NCBI GenBank assembly: GCA_047634795.1
Contig: JBLIIB010000051.1
Location: 1-16,566, forward strand
Source of the DNA: Candidatus Azotimanducaceae bacterium
GTDB taxonomy: Bacteria > Pseudomonadota > Gammaproteobacteria > Pseudomonadales > Azotimanducaceae
DNA length: 16,566 nt
Direction of reading: 5' to 3'
Shown here: one piece after another, positions 6,861 through 16,566 of the stretch
Numbering within the stretch: position 1 is the stretch's first letter
How the letters are laid out: each line of letters begins with the position of its first letter
Program-made: the position numbers and the translations under genes
The notes under the pieces: model-generated
What the model saw: only the letters and a program-made list of their open reading frames with translations
Databases searched by the model: none
What the model was told of the DNA's origin: nothing

Positions 6861-9800
6861 ATGCTAAATCTGTTCCAGTCGAACCAGATGACAAGTCTTG
6901 CTGCGGCTTTCTGCGAGCGTAACGCCGACCTGGGGGACCCTTTTGAACCTCTGACGGTTATCGTGCAGAGCATTGGCCTCGGCCAATGGCTAAAGCTCCA
7001 ACTCGCTAATCACCACGGTATTGCGTCCAATGTCGATGCTGTACTGCCAGCGACCTTCCTCTGGCGGTTGTACCGTGAACTGATACCCGAAACATCACGA
7101 TTAGACGCCTCTCCTTTCGATCCCGCACGATTGGTATGGCGAATTATGCGTTTACTCAAAGAACACCCGGAACTATCACCGGCAGTTAAGGATTATCTCG
7201 AGGGTTCAGGAGACGCAGACCTGCGCTGCTTTCAACTGAGTACTGAAATCGCTTCACTGTTTGACGAGTACCTGATGTACAGGCCCGAGTGGATGGTGAA
7301 CTGGGCCACCGCGACAAGCCAACCACCCAACTCAGACCCGGCTGACCACGAGTACTGGCAGTCGACGCTCTGGAAACTGGTAATACAAGACGTTGGATCC
7401 TTTGGTCAACTGCATCGAGCAGCGCTTCACGGGGAAGCACTGTCTCGCCTGTCATCGCCAGATCTCGCGACAGATTCAACCGGCATGTGGCGGCGCCTGA
7501 GCATATTTGGCTTATCAACAATGCCTGAGCTTCAACTTCAGACATTTGAAGCGCTCGCCCAGCACTCCGAAGTTGACATTTATTTTCTAAATCCCTGCGA
7601 GCACTACTGGGGAGACGTTGTTAGCGAAAAAGACAAGGCAAGACGCTCTATACGAAACCTCATTTCGCAGGATGACAATTTCGGCGAACTTGTCGACGAA
7701 GACTATCTTGAAGTCGGCAACCCCATGCTATCTTCTCTAGGCAAGCAGGCACGTGAATATCTTGAATTGCTATTGGGATCAAACAGCATCCAAACCTTTG
7801 ACGGGTTTGAGCGATTCCCCGCAGACTCAGGCTTGAACATCGTTAAAAACGATGTGTTAGACATGACATTTGCAGGGGAATCTACGCCCGCACAATCTGG
7901 TCCCCGTCAGGGCATCAAGGACCAGTCCATTCAGGTTCATAGCTGCCATAGCAGACTCCGTGAAGTCGAGGTGCTGCACGATGAGATCCTTCGCCAGTTC
8001 AAAGCGGCACCAGATCTTGAATTGAGCGACATTCTGGTGATGGTGCCTGACATCACAGACTACGCGCCGTTTATTGCTTCCGTATTCGGCCAGAGCCTGC
8101 ATCACCGCATCGCAGATCTTGGAAGCCTGGAAAGCAGCCTAATACTTGAAACGTTCCTGACGCTGCTTCGACTACCGGAATCGAGATTCACCGGTCCCGA
8201 AATCATGGACCTACTGGAGACTCCCGCCGTCATGCGACGGCTTGAATTTACCGCGGATGACCTTGAAACCATCGCTTACTGGATCGGGGAAACTGGCATT
8301 CGCTGGGAAGCTTCGGGTGAGCAGAAACAAGCAATGTGGGATCTCCCCGCACAGGATCAAAACACCTGGCAGTTTGGCCTCGATCGACTGCTGCTGGGTT
8401 TTGCGATGTCACCCGACAATGGAAGTTGGCAATCCGTTTTGCCGTTCCCCATCAGCACATCCGAAGCAGATCTGATTCATCGTCTTAAGGCGTTCGTCGG
8501 CTCACTTACCCATTATCGCGAACTCATGCGGAATGCACGCACCTGGGCCGATTGGCAATTACTCATCACGGACCTCCTGGCAGACTTCCTATCACCGGTG
8601 GCTGCGGAACAACTCGATGTCGACCTGATTGCGCGACATACCTCAGAATTTACCGAATACGCAGGACTCGCGGATTTCGAGCAACCCGTTTCACGCGCAC
8701 TTGTCACCGAGTCATTCAAGCGCGTTTTGACCGGCGAACAATCGCGAGCCGGGTTTATCAGCGGCGGCATTACGTTCGCCACTCTCGTGCCAATGAGGAG
8801 CATACCGTTCAGAATGATCTGCCTCATGGGCATGAACGATGGTGACTATCCTCGCGAGCAACGGCCGCACTCTTTCGATTTGATGGCGGGCGGTAAACAC
8901 AAACGCGGTGATCGATCAAAAAGACTCGACGATCGATATCTTTTTCTTGAAGCACTCCTGTCCGCCCGGGATTGTTTCTATGTCAGCTATATCGGTCGAG
9001 GTGTTCGCGATGACAAGCCTCGTCCACCCTCAGTGGTCGTGTCTGAATGGCAAATCTATCTATCACAACTATTTCAATCACCCCCATTCCATCAACATCC
9101 ACTACAGCCCTTTAATCCTCATTATTACAGCGGAGATGAGCGACAATCGTTTGAACCTATCTGGTTCAACGCCCTAACTGACACCTCAGAGGTCACAAAA
9201 TTCGTCAACCAACCGTTACCCTCTGAGTTCATAGAAGCATTAAGTCTGGGTGAACTATCCGCATTTTTCAGGCACCCCGGTCGCCACTTCATGCAGCAGC
9301 GACTAGGCGTTTACCTGGACAACGATTCCGTCGAGCTTAAGGATGCCGAGTCTTTTGAGCTCGACCGACTTGAAAGATACCAGTTGGCGGACGAAGCGCT
9401 TGCGGAGCTTATTGCGGGTCATGACCTTTCTTCATACCGAGAGGGTATTCTCGGTTCTGGACGGGTACTGCCCGGACCGGTTGGTGAACAGCATCTCGCG
9501 AGAGAAATAGAGAGCGCGCAGAGTGTCTTTGACGAAGTCGGTGAGCACACCCACGGACAGGAAACGAACCTTGATCAACGCATTGAACTTGATGGCATTT
9601 CCCTGCACCTTCGTGTGGACAACCTTTACCGCAACAATCCTGATGACGATGTGCTCGATGCTGTCCGGTTTCGTGCGGGGCAACTTAGTGCCCGTCAGCA
9701 AATCATTGACTGGATCTATCACCTGGGTATCAACGCGGCTGACCATCCTTGCCGAACGATCAGCATTGCCAAGGGACCAAAAGACGGCGCCAACGTCGCC

Positions 9801-10124
9801 ACACTGAATCCGCTACCCGCTGAGACCGCGCAGGAATATCTCATCGTGTTACTGGATTACTTCAGGCGCGGTGCGTGCGAGCCCATGTTCCTGCCGCCCG
9901 ACGCTTCGCGAAAGCTGACCGACTCGCTACTTAGAGGCCTCGAATTAGAGGAGGCGATCACACGCACGGTGCAAAGCTGGGACAGCGATCAACCCGGCAG
10001 CGAAAGCCATGACCGAGTGTGGTCCCGATTGTTCAGGTTCCCTGATGTATTTGAGGGTGAATTCAAAGTTGACGCTCCCATCATTTGGACGCCCCTAATG
10101 GAGAATTTAGGAGGCAAAACCTAA
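6861..10124 (+). CDS. recC: Exodeoxyribonuclease V gamma subunit RecC, 1087 aa
   Basis: The N-terminus aligns with E. coli RecC (MLNLFQSNQ…DPFEPLTVIVQS…GQWLKLQL…ASNVDAVLPATFLWRL vs MLRVYHSNRL…DPFEPEMILVQSTGMAQWLQM…AANIDFPLPASFIW). Length and position immediately upstream of recB also fit. Confidence 0.95.
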   Translation: MLNLFQSNQMTSLAAAFCERNADLGDPFEPLTVIVQSIGLGQWLKLQLANHHGIASNVDAVLPATFLWRLYRELIPETSRLDASPFDPARLVWRIMRLLKEHPELSPAVKDYLEGSGDADLRCFQLSTEIASLFDEYLMYRPEWMVNWATATSQPPNSDPADHEYWQSTLWKLVIQDVGSFGQLHRAALHGEALSRLSSPDLATDSTGMWRRLSIFGLSTMPELQLQTFEALAQHSEVDIYFLNPCEHYWGDVVSEKDKARRSIRNLISQDDNFGELVDEDYLEVGNPMLSSLGKQAREYLELLLGSNSIQTFDGFERFPADSGLNIVKNDVLDMTFAGESTPAQSGPRQGIKDQSIQVHSCHSRLREVEVLHDEILRQFKAAPDLELSDILVMVPDITDYAPFIASVFGQSLHHRIADLGSLESSLILETFLTLLRLPESRFTGPEIMDLLETPAVMRRLEFTADDLETIAYWIGETGIRWEASGEQKQAMWDLPAQDQNTWQFGLDRLLLGFAMSPDNGSWQSVLPFPISTSEADLIHRLKAFVGSLTHYRELMRNARTWADWQLLITDLLADFLSPVAAEQLDVDLIARHTSEFTEYAGLADFEQPVSRALVTESFKRVLTGEQSRAGFISGGITFATLVPMRSIPFRMICLMGMNDGDYPREQRPHSFDLMAGGKHKRGDRSKRLDDRYLFLEALLSARDCFYVSYIGRGVRDDKPRPPSVVVSEWQIYLSQLFQSPPFHQHPLQPFNPHYYSGDERQSFEPIWFNALTDTSEVTKFVNQPLPSEFIEALSLGELSAFFRHPGRHFMQQRLGVYLDNDSVELKDAESFELDRLERYQLADEALAELIAGHDLSSYREGILGSGRVLPGPVGEQHLAREIESAQSVFDEVGEHTHGQETNLDQRIELDGISLHLRVDNLYRNNPDDDVLDAVRFRAGQLSARQQIIDWIYHLGINAADHPCRTISIAKGPKDGANVATLNPLPAETAQEYLIVLLDYFRRGACEPMFLPPDASRKLTDSLLRGLELEEAITRTVQSWDSDQPGSESHDRVWSRLFRFPDVFEGEFKVDAPIIWTPLMENLGGKT

Positions 10125-10125
10125 A

Positions 10126-13100
10126 ATGGTTAGCCATCTGCCACTCGAACTTCCAATGAATGGGAGCCAATTACTGGAGGCCAGTGCCGGTACGGGCAAG
10201 ACCTATACCATCACCAACCTGTGTCTTCGTTTGCTGCTCGGTAGAAACGTGCCATGGAAGCGTCCGCTGGCAATCAGTGAAATTTTGATTCTCACCTTTA
10301 CGATCGCTGCCACCGACGAACTTAAAGACAGAGTCTTTCGGCGGATCAATGACGCCCGAGAAGCCTTTCGTTCTGGCACGACCGATGAATACTTACAGAC
10401 GTTGATTGATACCAGCAGCAATAGGGACCGAGAACTTAAATTACTCACTGCTGCCAGCCAGTTAATGGACGACGCCAGCATCTTTACCATCCATGGTTTT
10501 GCAGCTCGGGTGTTGGGCGAACAGGCATTTGAATCCGGTACGCTCTTCAACCAGGACCTCAATGCTGAACGACGTGACTTATTGCGCAGCGCGGCTCAGG
10601 ACTGTTTTCGCGAATTGATTATGCCAATGCCCGGCACCGTCAGACAGCTTGCAATATCCCAGTGGGCATCACCCGACATCATGGCTCAAAAGATGACACC
10701 CCTGCTCTTTCGCGGAGAGCTTTTGTTGGTTCCTGGAGAAGAATCAGAAGTGACGGGAGATTCTCTGGTTCGAGACATCGGTCTGTGCAAAAAAACCTGG
10801 TTGACCAGCGAGATGCCAGCGCTGCTGGAAGACATTGGTGTCAACAAACAGCGCAAGGCCTATAAACACCTGGGAAAAATGCAGGCCTTCTGCGAATCGG
10901 AAGAAATTGATCTCGACAACGATCTTTGGCTAACCTATGGCCACGAATCCATCGGTAGCTCTCTCAAGAAGGGACATGATTTTCCTGGCCACCCCGTCAT
11001 CGATCAGATCACTAAAGTTACCCAGGACATCGCACAACTCCGCGTGAATCTTTGGCACCGCACGATGAGCTACATCCAAGCGCGGATGGCCTATCAAAAA
11101 GAAACGCGCCAGCAGATGACACTTGATGATCTTCTGGTCTCACTGGATAACGCGCTGACCAAACAAAACTCGTCGCTGCCACAGACCCTCGCCCGGCGCT
11201 GGCCCATCGCGTTAATTGATGAATTCCAGGATACGGACAATGTGCAAAGCCGAATCTTTAACACTATTTATCAACAACCTGCTTCAGGTGATCTTGCCAA
11301 CCTAGTCATGATCGGTGATCCCAAACAGGCGATCTACAATTTCCGAGGCGCTGATATCTATACCTATATCAACGCTCGGCGTAGTTCATCAGGACTCCAT
11401 TCGCTGTCGACCAATTGGCGCTCGTCCCATGCACTGATTCACGCAACCAACGCTTTGTTCGATAAAAAAGACATCTTTGGCAGTAGCGGCGACATTGATT
11501 TCATTCCGGTTCAGGGCGCACCCGGCCATGAAGACATGGCAATGACAAAATCCGAGACCACCTGCGCACCTTATGAGATTGCTATTGCAAGCGCGCCAAA
11601 GGGTGCAGGCGGGATAAGTGTCGTGCGAAAACAACTGATGGATTGGGCCGCCAACGAGGCGGCTTCGCTCATCAATACAGACCTTGACGCTAGAATTAAG
11701 GGTAACCCCATTCATGCGGGTCAGATTGCCATACTCGTTCGCCGCAGGTCCGACGCAATCGCTGCGCAGGCATCCTTGACGGAACGCGGTATCCAAAGTG
11801 TCTACCTCACGCTCGAAAGCGTCTTTCTGCAGGACACGGCGTCTGACCTGAAACTTATTCTTGAAGCAATCCTGGAGCCAGGCAATGACCGGGTCATCCG
11901 CGCTGCATTAGCAACAGGTCTACTCCAGGGGACGGCAGAAGACATCGAAAGGCTTAACCACGATGTGCATTTTCAGCAGAGGGTCACGCTGGAATTCCAG
12001 GGTTATCACCAGCTTTGGAACGAGCAAAACATTGCCACGATGTTGAATAAACTCATCGAGCAGCGACGTTTAGCCGAAAAGTGGTTAAAGCAATCTGGGG
12101 GTGAAAGACAGATGACCAATCTGCGACATCTCACAGAAGTGCTTCAGAAAAGAGCAACCGTTGCGCCTGGCATGTACCAGCTCATCAAATGGTTTGCCCA
12201 GGAGCAAATCGACGCAGAAACGGTTTCGGACGAACAAAGACAGCTGCGGCTTGAAAGCGATCAAAACCTGGTGAAGATTGTAACCATGCATGCGGCCAAA
12301 GGTCTCGAATACGACATTGTCATGATCCCAATGCCACTCTTCCCGGACATGACCCGAAAAAATGACCCGGCACTGTTTCATCTAGAGCGCGAAGGGGCGT
12401 TTATCCCTGCGGTTGAACTCGGCGCTAATCCGGACCATCGAGAAATCAGCAGACGGGAAGAAAAAGACGAAGAAATGAGACTACTCTACGTGGCACTGAC
12501 GCGCGCAAGGTATCGCTGTTACCTTGGGCTTCCCGCCATGAAGACGCTCCCACATTCAGGCATAGGGAGACTACTGGGTATCCATGAAGAAATACTCGAG
12601 GCCAAAGTGCTGGAGGATCAGTTGAAGCAAACCCTCGAAGCCGATCTGTTTTCCATCAGCAGCCTCTCAAAAATTGATAAGATTAGCGTTAAAACCTTGA
12701 CGAAAATAAGTACGCTCACCCCGCCGCTCCAACGCTCCAACCCGAAAGACAACTGGCGAGTACATAGTTACACCAGCCTGGCTTCGAGGCTCAACGCGAC
12801 GGCCACCGTAAATATCGGAAAATCGGATGCCGGTCATTCCATCCGAGGATTCAGTGATGACGACAGCAGCGAACTGGGGCCGGGCTTAAATAGCGCAACA
12901 GAATCTCAAATCAATCGACACGACTTCCCAAGAGGGGCACGTATTGGTATTGCGCTTCACAGCCTGATGGAACATATCGACTTTCGCGATTCATCCCTGC
13001 ATCAGGTGAATGTGGATAAGCTGACCAAAAGACTGGGCCTCGGCGACGAATGGCATCCTGAAATTCACGCATGGCTCAGCGACATACTGTCAGCGCAACT

Positions 13101-13602
13101 CGGTGATCACAGACTTCAAAGCATAGAAGCGGTCAATCGCATGGATGAGATGGAATTTCATTTTCCAGTTTCATCCAGAGACCAACTCATCAAAACACTC
13201 GAAGCACTAGGGCTCGTCGAACCGGGGTCTCGCCAGCAAATTTCCCTTGAAGGCATCATGACAGGCATGATCGACCTGGTATTTAGAAAAGAGGGTCGCT
13301 ATTCAATCGTTGACTACAAATCGAATCATTTAGGCAACAACGCGGCCGCTTACCATGCGGGTTCACTCGGCGCAGCAATGGATGAACATCGATATCATCT
13401 TCAGTACCTGATCTATACCGTCGCATTACATCGTTTGCTCAAACTTCGAGTACCCGACTACCGCTATGAACAACATTTTGAGGGCGTGCACTACTTTTTC
13501 ATGCGAGGGGCTCTGGCAGGCAGCGATAACGGCATTTTTACAGTGAAACCTGACAAAGCCGTCGTCGAAGCCCTGGATAGCGCCCTCGGGGGCAACCTAT
13601 GA
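10126..13602 (+). CDS. recB: Exodeoxyribonuclease V beta subunit RecB (UvrD-like helicase plus C-terminal PD-(D/E)XK nuclease), 1158 aa
   Basis: Walker A (LLEASAGTGKTYTITNLCLRLLLG) matches RecB LIEASAGTGKTFTIAALYLRLLLG. C-terminal nuclease motif GMIDLVFRKEGRYSIVDYKSNHLG. AGGAGG lies 11 nt upstream. ATG is 2 nt after the recC stop. Confidence 0.95.
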   Translation: MVSHLPLELPMNGSQLLEASAGTGKTYTITNLCLRLLLGRNVPWKRPLAISEILILTFTIAATDELKDRVFRRINDAREAFRSGTTDEYLQTLIDTSSNRDRELKLLTAASQLMDDASIFTIHGFAARVLGEQAFESGTLFNQDLNAERRDLLRSAAQDCFRELIMPMPGTVRQLAISQWASPDIMAQKMTPLLFRGELLLVPGEESEVTGDSLVRDIGLCKKTWLTSEMPALLEDIGVNKQRKAYKHLGKMQAFCESEEIDLDNDLWLTYGHESIGSSLKKGHDFPGHPVIDQITKVTQDIAQLRVNLWHRTMSYIQARMAYQKETRQQMTLDDLLVSLDNALTKQNSSLPQTLARRWPIALIDEFQDTDNVQSRIFNTIYQQPASGDLANLVMIGDPKQAIYNFRGADIYTYINARRSSSGLHSLSTNWRSSHALIHATNALFDKKDIFGSSGDIDFIPVQGAPGHEDMAMTKSETTCAPYEIAIASAPKGAGGISVVRKQLMDWAANEAASLINTDLDARIKGNPIHAGQIAILVRRRSDAIAAQASLTERGIQSVYLTLESVFLQDTASDLKLILEAILEPGNDRVIRAALATGLLQGTAEDIERLNHDVHFQQRVTLEFQGYHQLWNEQNIATMLNKLIEQRRLAEKWLKQSGGERQMTNLRHLTEVLQKRATVAPGMYQLIKWFAQEQIDAETVSDEQRQLRLESDQNLVKIVTMHAAKGLEYDIVMIPMPLFPDMTRKNDPALFHLEREGAFIPAVELGANPDHREISRREEKDEEMRLLYVALTRARYRCYLGLPAMKTLPHSGIGRLLGIHEEILEAKVLEDQLKQTLEADLFSISSLSKIDKISVKTLTKISTLTPPLQRSNPKDNWRVHSYTSLASRLNATATVNIGKSDAGHSIRGFSDDDSSELGPGLNSATESQINRHDFPRGARIGIALHSLMEHIDFRDSSLHQVNVDKLTKRLGLGDEWHPEIHAWLSDILSAQLGDHRLQSIEAVNRMDEMEFHFPVSSRDQLIKTLEALGLVEPGSRQQISLEGIMTGMIDLVFRKEGRYSIVDYKSNHLGNNAAAYHAGSLGAAMDEHRYHLQYLIYTVALHRLLKLRVPDYRYEQHFEGVHYFFMRGALAGSDNGIFTVKPDKAVVEALDSALGGNL

Positions 13603-15407
13603 TTCATGGTCCCGGCTTCGAAAAGGATTTTCTGAGTTTTCTGGCAAGGAAAACCGCCAGGTTTGAGCCGGCCTCGTACAGAATCCTGTCAACATTGGTG
13701 AGCTCGGCAATCAATCAACACAGCTGCATTCTTCTCGACCGAGAGGCGCAGTCGGATATTAAGGTACTGGCTTCGCATCCGGCGGTCGGTCAGCCCGGCG
13801 AAAAAACACCCATTGTTTTGGATGGCAACCGCCTGTATCTCGCGAGGTTCTATCAATTTGAAGAAATGGTGGCGTCTGCCATTTCACAAAAGAACCGGGA
13901 AATCGACACACCGGACGCCGACTGGCTCAGAACACAGCTCGATGCCGGGTTCGGTATCGAAGCCGGAAACCAGCAAAAACTGGCTGCCTTAATCGCTCTA
14001 ACGCGCAGTCTGACCATTATCACGGGTGGTCCGGGTACGGGTAAGACCAGCACAGTCGTCAATTTGTTACATATACTCCTGGAACAGAACCCTGAAGTGA
14101 TCATTCGGTTAGCGGCGCCGACGGGAAAAGCCGCCATGAGGCTCGGCGAGGGTCTCTCCGGGCTAAATCACCCTGCAGCTGCGGACATTCCGGAGGTGCG
14201 AACCCTGCATCGTCTTTTAGGTGTTCGCGGTGACGGTCGTACGTTTCGACATGGACCCGACAATCCTTTTTCCGCAGATGTACTGATCGTAGACGAAGCG
14301 TCCATGATCGACCTCCCCATGATGCACCGTCTGCTCAACGCTATGCCTAAAGAGACGCGACTTATTTTATTGGGCGATCCACATCAATTGCCTTCCGTCG
14401 ATACCGGGAATGTATTAGCCGACCTCTGCCCCGAAGACATTGGCTACTCGCGGGAATTCGCCCGGTTTGCGCGGCCCATTATCGGTGCCATACCAACTAG
14501 CGGCACCATCAACAAACTGAGCGACGCCATCTGCAGATTGGATCGGAACTATCGGTTTGCTTCGGACAGCGGCGTGGCAGCACTGGCGGAAAACATTCGT
14601 GCGGGTTCACCTGAGATTCCTGCACATTTCCTCGATGGGAGTGTTCATGTATCCAACCCCTATTCCGAAGAGCTAATGCTAGTTGAGTACTGGGAAACCT
14701 ATCTCGCACAAATGCAGGATGATCCCAGCGACGCAGCAGCCCTGCTTTCTGCGTTCGATGAATGCAGAATTCTCTGCAGCAGACGAGCTGGACCAGGCGG
14801 CGTAGAATCCCTCAACGATCAGATTGAACACCAACTTGAAAAAAGAGGCCTTAAAACAAAAGGAGAAAAGTTCTATCCCGGCCGCCCGATACTTGTCACC
14901 GCTAACGATTACGGCCTGTCTTTATTCAACGGAGATATCGGAATATGTTTACCTATTGATCCTTGGGAGGTGGAGCCCTCAGCGAGTGAAGAGCCCGCAG
15001 CGGATACGGCTAAAGAGCCCTCAGCGACTAATGAATTCTTAAGCTCCCAACAGCTCCAATACCTGGTGCATTTCCCGGGACAGGTTCCCAGGACTTTTCT
15101 AGCATCACGTCTACCAGATCACGAAACCTGTTTCGCCATGACGGTGCACAAATCGCAGGGTTCAGAATTTTCTCATGTTGTTCTGATCATGTCAGAAGAA
15201 CATCACGAACAATCCAATAATCTGATGACGCGGGAGCTTCTTTACACCGCAGTCACCCGTGCCAGAAAACGTGTGACATTGCACACCAGCGACGCGTCCT
15301 GGTCCGAAGCCATCGGCCGCTCCGCAGCCAGAGTGAGCGGCATGACATCCTTTTTGGACATCAAAACACTGGATAAAGGTTTATCCGAACAAAAGAGTCT
15401 CTTTTGA
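13599..15407 (+). CDS. recD: Exodeoxyribonuclease V alpha subunit RecD (SF1 helicase), 602 aa
   Basis: Walker A ITGGPGTGKTSTV, Walker B VLIVDEASMID, and C-terminal motif AMTVHKSQGSEF, as in RecD. The start overlaps the recB stop by 4 nt (ATGA). Confidence 0.95.
   Translation: MIHGPGFEKDFLSFLARKTARFEPASYRILSTLVSSAINQHSCILLDREAQSDIKVLASHPAVGQPGEKTPIVLDGNRLYLARFYQFEEMVASAISQKNREIDTPDADWLRTQLDAGFGIEAGNQQKLAALIALTRSLTIITGGPGTGKTSTVVNLLHILLEQNPEVIIRLAAPTGKAAMRLGEGLSGLNHPAAADIPEVRTLHRLLGVRGDGRTFRHGPDNPFSADVLIVDEASMIDLPMMHRLLNAMPKETRLILLGDPHQLPSVDTGNVLADLCPEDIGYSREFARFARPIIGAIPTSGTINKLSDAICRLDRNYRFASDSGVAALAENIRAGSPEIPAHFLDGSVHVSNPYSEELMLVEYWETYLAQMQDDPSDAAALLSAFDECRILCSRRAGPGGVESLNDQIEHQLEKRGLKTKGEKFYPGRPILVTANDYGLSLFNGDIGICLPIDPWEVEPSASEEPAADTAKEPSATNEFLSSQQLQYLVHFPGQVPRTFLASRLPDHETCFAMTVHKSQGSEFSHVVLIMSEEHHEQSNNLMTRELLYTAVTRARKRVTLHTSDASWSEAIGRSAARVSGMTSFLDIKTLDKGLSEQKSLF
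14973..15027. repeat. Short in-frame degenerate tandem repeat inside recD (gagccctcagcga … gagcccgcagcgg … gagccctcagcga)
   Basis: Exact 13-mer gagccctcagcga at 14973-14985 and 15015-15027 (42 nt apart, in frame), with a degenerate copy at 14991-15003. It encodes the acidic EPSASEEPAADTAKEPSAT segment, which looks like a lineage-specific insertion relative to E. coli RecD. Confidence 0.5.
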
Positions 15408-15437
15408 TATTTGATTCTTTTCGCTTTTCGGTTCTAA

Positions 15438-16295
15438 ATGAGCGGCATGCAACTAATCTCTTCACTGGGCCGACAGCTTCTTAGTTTTCTGACTGCGCTG
15501 GTTGTCATCTTTAACCTAGGAACCTGGGTTATACCTCTGTTCGTTCTAATCCTGTTGAAGCTCATCACCGCTCCGTTCCCCCAGGTTCAACACGTCGTAA
15601 ACGTCTGGGTCGAGTGGGTTTATCGGATCGCCGCGGCGATAGACAGCCTTTGGATGCTGAAAGTTGTTCGTATCAAGATCAATATTCACGGTCAGTTACC
15701 GGACCACCCGGCCCCGATTATTGTCGCGAATCATCAAACCTGGTTCGACATTCCTGTGCTGCAGTATGCGGTGACCCAGCATGGTCCTATTCTCAAGTTT
15801 CTGATCAAGAAGGAACTCATATGGGTGCCCATTGTGGGATGGATATGCTGGGCTCTGAATTTCCCAAGGCTTAACCGGGGCACCGGGGATAACGCGCGTG
15901 AAAGAGACTACGCCGCCATAGAGTCAGCATCAGCAATCCTCGCAGCAGAAAGAGGGGCGCTGCTTATTTTTGCGGAAGGTACACGATTTACACAGCGCAA
16001 ACATGACAACCAACGCTCAGACTATTCCAAGCTTCTGACGCCAAGACCTGGCGGTCTGAAGATAGCACTGGCATCCGTCGATGCCGATACCCCTATTGTC
16101 GACCTAACGATTAACTACAACGGGGGTGCAACCAACTTTTGGCGTTGCCTTCATGGCTCGTCGCCCACGATCGATGTACACTTAACGTCCTATCCGGCGG
16201 GAGAAATTGGAGACGTTAGACTGTGGCTTGAGGCACGATGGAGCGATAAAGACGAATTATTGAGCGGAGCAGCGCAGCTCGCTGCATCACGCTAG
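15438..16295 (+). CDS. Lysophospholipid acyltransferase (PlsC/YihG-like) family membrane protein, 285 aa
   Basis: N-terminal TM helices, the HX4D acyltransferase motif (IVANHQTWFDIP) and the FAEGTR motif (family FPEGTR), as in E. coli YihG-type putative acyltransferases. It starts 30 nt after recD on the same strand. Confidence 0.8.
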   Translation: MSGMQLISSLGRQLLSFLTALVVIFNLGTWVIPLFVLILLKLITAPFPQVQHVVNVWVEWVYRIAAAIDSLWMLKVVRIKINIHGQLPDHPAPIIVANHQTWFDIPVLQYAVTQHGPILKFLIKKELIWVPIVGWICWALNFPRLNRGTGDNARERDYAAIESASAILAAERGALLIFAEGTRFTQRKHDNQRSDYSKLLTPRPGGLKIALASVDADTPIVDLTINYNGGATNFWRCLHGSSPTIDVHLTSYPAGEIGDVRLWLEARWSDKDELLSGAAQLAASR

Positions 16296-16369
16296 AAACT
16301 CAGGCTGCGTTGCACTTCTAAATAACAACACAAACCTGAGCCTTGCTCAAACAACGTTATGTTCTAGAC

Positions 16370-16566
16370 CTAGACAGCGTTAGAAACATCCTCGTGGATA
16401 TAGACATCTACTGACCCGTTCGAAAGCAACAAGTAGCTGGTTCCGTTTCCAAGATAGTCACTCTCAGTTGCGCCATTCGGCGCTGACCAACCGCCGACCA
16501 GAGAACCCGTCGAAAGCGCCGTATGTACGAGATTACCATCGAGATTCAAAGCATCTCCCACATCAC
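16370..16566 (-). CDS. 3' end of an unidentified CDS whose 5' part lies beyond the window (Gly/Ser/Asn-rich, beta-rich-looking C-terminus)
   Basis: Minus-strand frame is open from the window edge to TAG at 16372-16370 (…SAPNGATESDYLGNGTSYLLLSNGSVDVYIHEDVSNAV*). Convergent with the acyltransferase. No family recognised. Confidence 0.3.
   Translation of the reverse strand, partial: DVGDALNLDGNLVHTALSTGSLVGGWSAPNGATESDYLGNGTSYLLLSNGSVDVYIHEDVSNAV

Noticed and set aside
6800-6900. CTGT-containing sequences upstream of and at the recC start (CTGTATGTCAATCTAA, CTGTTCACATGCTAAATCTGTTCC) that superficially resemble LexA boxes
   Set aside because: Neither fits the CTGT-N8-ACAG palindrome: the 3' half-sites are CTAA and CTAA/TCTG, not ACAG. 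recBCD is also not a typical SOS regulon member.
7186-9807. Multiple short ORFs on both strands inside recC, including an Arg-rich 97-aa ORF at 8552..8845
   Set aside because: All are nested in the recC coding frame or antisense to it. The Arg/Cys-rich composition is typical of off-frame reading of GC-rich coding sequence.
16293-16372. Near-palindromic tctagacctaga and small gcagc-tc-gctgc hairpin between the acyltransferase stop and the right-edge convergent ORF
   Set aside because: Very short stems, partly within coding sequence. No supporting T-run.
1-16566. Search for mobile elements, CRISPR arrays, tRNA or rRNA genes, and toxin-antitoxin or defense-system-like gene pairs
   Set aside because: No terminal inverted repeats, transposase or integrase-like ORFs, repeat-spacer arrays, tRNA T-loop signatures (GGTTCGAATCC-like) or small paired ORFs were seen. 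Every sizeable ORF is explained by a housekeeping family.

Overview
This window reads as a syntenic core-chromosome segment of a roughly 50% GC gammaproteobacterium-like genome. It does not look like an accessory or defense island. Eleven CDSs were called with confidence. Going left to right they are: a flotillin/SPFH (YqiK-like) gene on the minus strand; an NfeD/YqiJ-like partner gene just upstream of it, interrupted by one in-frame TAG; a divergently transcribed Gfo/Idh/MocA oxidoreductase; a convergent enoyl-CoA hydratase/isomerase (crotonase) gene; a SurE-family 5'/3'-nucleotidase homolog with an N-terminal signal peptide and a long charged C-terminal tail; inorganic pyrophosphatase (ppa); a tightly coupled recC-recB-recD operon (exonuclease V) with no intervening ptrA; a YihG/PlsC-like acyltransferase; and partial ORFs at both window edges. 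I found no tRNA or rRNA genes, CRISPR arrays, transposase or integrase genes, or toxin-antitoxin or defense-like gene pairs. The observations worth a second look are all small-scale: (1) the amber-interrupted nfeD-like gene next to an intact flotillin; (2) the exported, tail-bearing SurE-like protein next to ppa; (3) an unusually long 482-bp divergent intergenic region carrying an alternating-GC tract and a small direct repeat; (4) short in-frame tandem repeats inside the flotillin and recD genes; (5) a 16-codon ORF stop-start overlapped with the oxidoreductase start. I cannot support any claim of a novel multi-gene system here. The protein identifications rest on recognisable family motifs read directly from the translations.
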